From assembly GCA_965238225.1 (NCBI GenBank), contig OZ250183.1, positions 1,408,001-1,472,000 of the forward strand: 64,000 nt of DNA. Reading direction: 5' to 3'. Every line of letters begins with the position of its first letter. Positions within the stretch are counted from its first letter, which is position 1. The notes under the pieces were generated by a model. It was not told the origin of the DNA. It did no database searches and worked only from the letters and a program-made list of their open reading frames with translations. The translations under genes and the position numbers were made by a program. Below are positions 62,779 to 64,000 of this stretch, piece after piece. Origin of the DNA: Gammaproteobacteria bacterium. GTDB lineage: Bacteria; Pseudomonadota; Gammaproteobacteria; Eutrophobiales; Eutrophobiaceae.

Positions 62779-63000
62779 ATGATTTCCATCGTTGCTTATG
62801 GCACGACCAATTTGGGTTCTATCCTGAATATGCTCAAAAAAATTGGCATCGATGCTAAGGTTGTCTCTCGTCCCGAGGAGATTCTGTCAGCCGATAAATT
62901 GATACTGCCTAGAGTCGGTGCTTTCGATACGATGATGCTGCAATGTGTGCTTGAGAACTATCTTGCAGGAATAGCCGATTCCCGCCCTGACTGTAGGTGA
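62779..63000 (+). pseudogene. Truncated HisH-like glutamine amidotransferase (LPS-cluster type)
   Basis: MISIVAYGTTNLGSILNMLKKIG...ADKLILPRVGAF; similarity ends after ~53 aa, before the catalytic Cys motif. Confidence 0.8.
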
Positions 63001-63009
63001 TAATCCATC

Positions 63010-64000
63010 ATGCGCAAGCCGATCCTCATTGTCGCCTCTAGCACTGCAGGTTCCCAGCTGATCACTTTAATCAGCATGACCTATGCGGCACGCTTCCTTG
63101 GCCCTGAGGCCTTTGGCTTTTACGCCATCGTTTTTGCCTTTGCCGTCCCGATTGGGCTGATTGCGACTCTGCGGCTCGAGACCGCCTTCGTCTTTCTCAA
63201 CAACGAACCGCGTGTCTTATTAGCCGGGGTCACAGCCTGCGTCGGTCTTGCAATGGTTACAACACCCATCCTGCTTTACGGGTTAACTTCAGGTCGAGAC
63301 GAGGTAGCCTATGTTGGGCTACTGTCTTTCTTTCTCGGGATGAATGCAGTGATTATCAACCTGTCGAACTACCGACGCAACTATCCAAAGTTGGCCGCAG
63401 TACGTCTACTAACTGCACTGATGACACTGGTTTTAGTCACCATCTTCGTTCAGGTGGAACTGTCCGATGCGCTAACGCTGGCGACGATTTGCGGACAAGC
63501 CTTCGGATTGTTCACAGGACTGGTACTGCATGCAAGATGGATCCATGACAATTTCAAATGGCCTAGCTTGCGTACCATGGCTCATATCCTACGTGAAAAT
63601 GTCTCCTTTTCAGTGTTCAACGGGGCGCAGAGTCTATTCTCGGCGCTACAGGAAACTGTTGTCGTGATACTGATCACGAACTTTCTTGGGGTAGCCAGCG
63701 TTGGGATCTATTCCTTTGCCAATCGGATTTTACGGGCACCGATCTCGCTCACCTCCGAGGCAATCGGACGAGTTCTGCAGGTGCAGATCCGAGCCAACCA
63801 AGATGCTGATGCCGCCATCCGGCGTGCCTATATCGACCGTCTGCTGCGACTACTGGTGCTGGGAGCCTGTGGATTGGCGCTACTTATCTTCTTTGCCGCC
63901 GCACCAGTGTTGAGCTGGATCCTTGACCCAAAATGGGCAGGGCTGGATATACTACTTCCTGCGATGAGCCTTTACATATCGGCACTCTTTGTCGGAGCCA
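63010..64000 (+). CDS. wzx: Polysaccharide flippase (Wzx family), 5' part
   Basis: Manual translation MRKPILIVASSTAGSQLITLISMTYAARFLGPEAFGFYAIVFA...LRLETA...VGIYSFANRILRAP; multi-TM; open to the window end, so absent from the ORF track. Confidence 0.8.
   Translation, partial: MRKPILIVASSTAGSQLITLISMTYAARFLGPEAFGFYAIVFAFAVPIGLIATLRLETAFVFLNNEPRVLLAGVTACVGLAMVTTPILLYGLTSGRDEVAYVGLLSFFLGMNAVIINLSNYRRNYPKLAAVRLLTALMTLVLVTIFVQVELSDALTLATICGQAFGLFTGLVLHARWIHDNFKWPSLRTMAHILRENVSFSVFNGAQSLFSALQETVVVILITNFLGVASVGIYSFANRILRAPISLTSEAIGRVLQVQIRANQDADAAIRRAYIDRLLRLLVLGACGLALLIFFAAAPVLSWILDPKWAGLDILLPAMSLYISALFVGA

Overview
Gammaproteobacterial chromosomal window in four blocks. (1) 1-25.5 kb is an accessory, minus-strand tandem array of paralogous secreted Ig-like repeat proteins. 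It holds one frameshifted autotransporter (~1826 aa) and two barrel-less paralogues (1598 aa and a reconstructed ~3326 aa) that are each followed by a vestige of the barrel's last strands. It also holds a GH141-like beta-helix/CBM32 gene bracketed by direct repeats, a ~67-unit CAACTATA microsatellite and a chimeric mini-gene. One Ig module type has two hypervariable Tyr/Arg-rich segments that are reassorted between copies. (2) 25.8-44.5 kb is core genome: rnr, tRNA-Leu, purA, hisZ, hflC/hflK/hflX, hfq, miaA, amiB, tsaE, nnr, orn, an M48 peptidase, recR, ybaB, dnaX and SRP RNA. mutL is missing from its usual slot and hflX has no canonical start codon at the expected place. (3) 44.7-55.3 kb holds a Sel1 lipoprotein, an Mrr-nuclease/SF2-helicase with ~10 near-identical HA repeats whose variable residues cluster in the LGxWVxxQR helix, and a TonB2-type operon. 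(4) 55.9-64 kb holds rfaH, an ops site, an EPS-associated MarR regulator, a wbpABDEI-type sugar pathway, two truncated genes and the start of a wzx flippase. The best novel-system candidates are the HA-array nuclease-helicase and the combinatorially diversified Ig adhesin locus. Frameshifts inside repeats may be assembly errors. All family calls are from motif recognition by eye, with no database searches.
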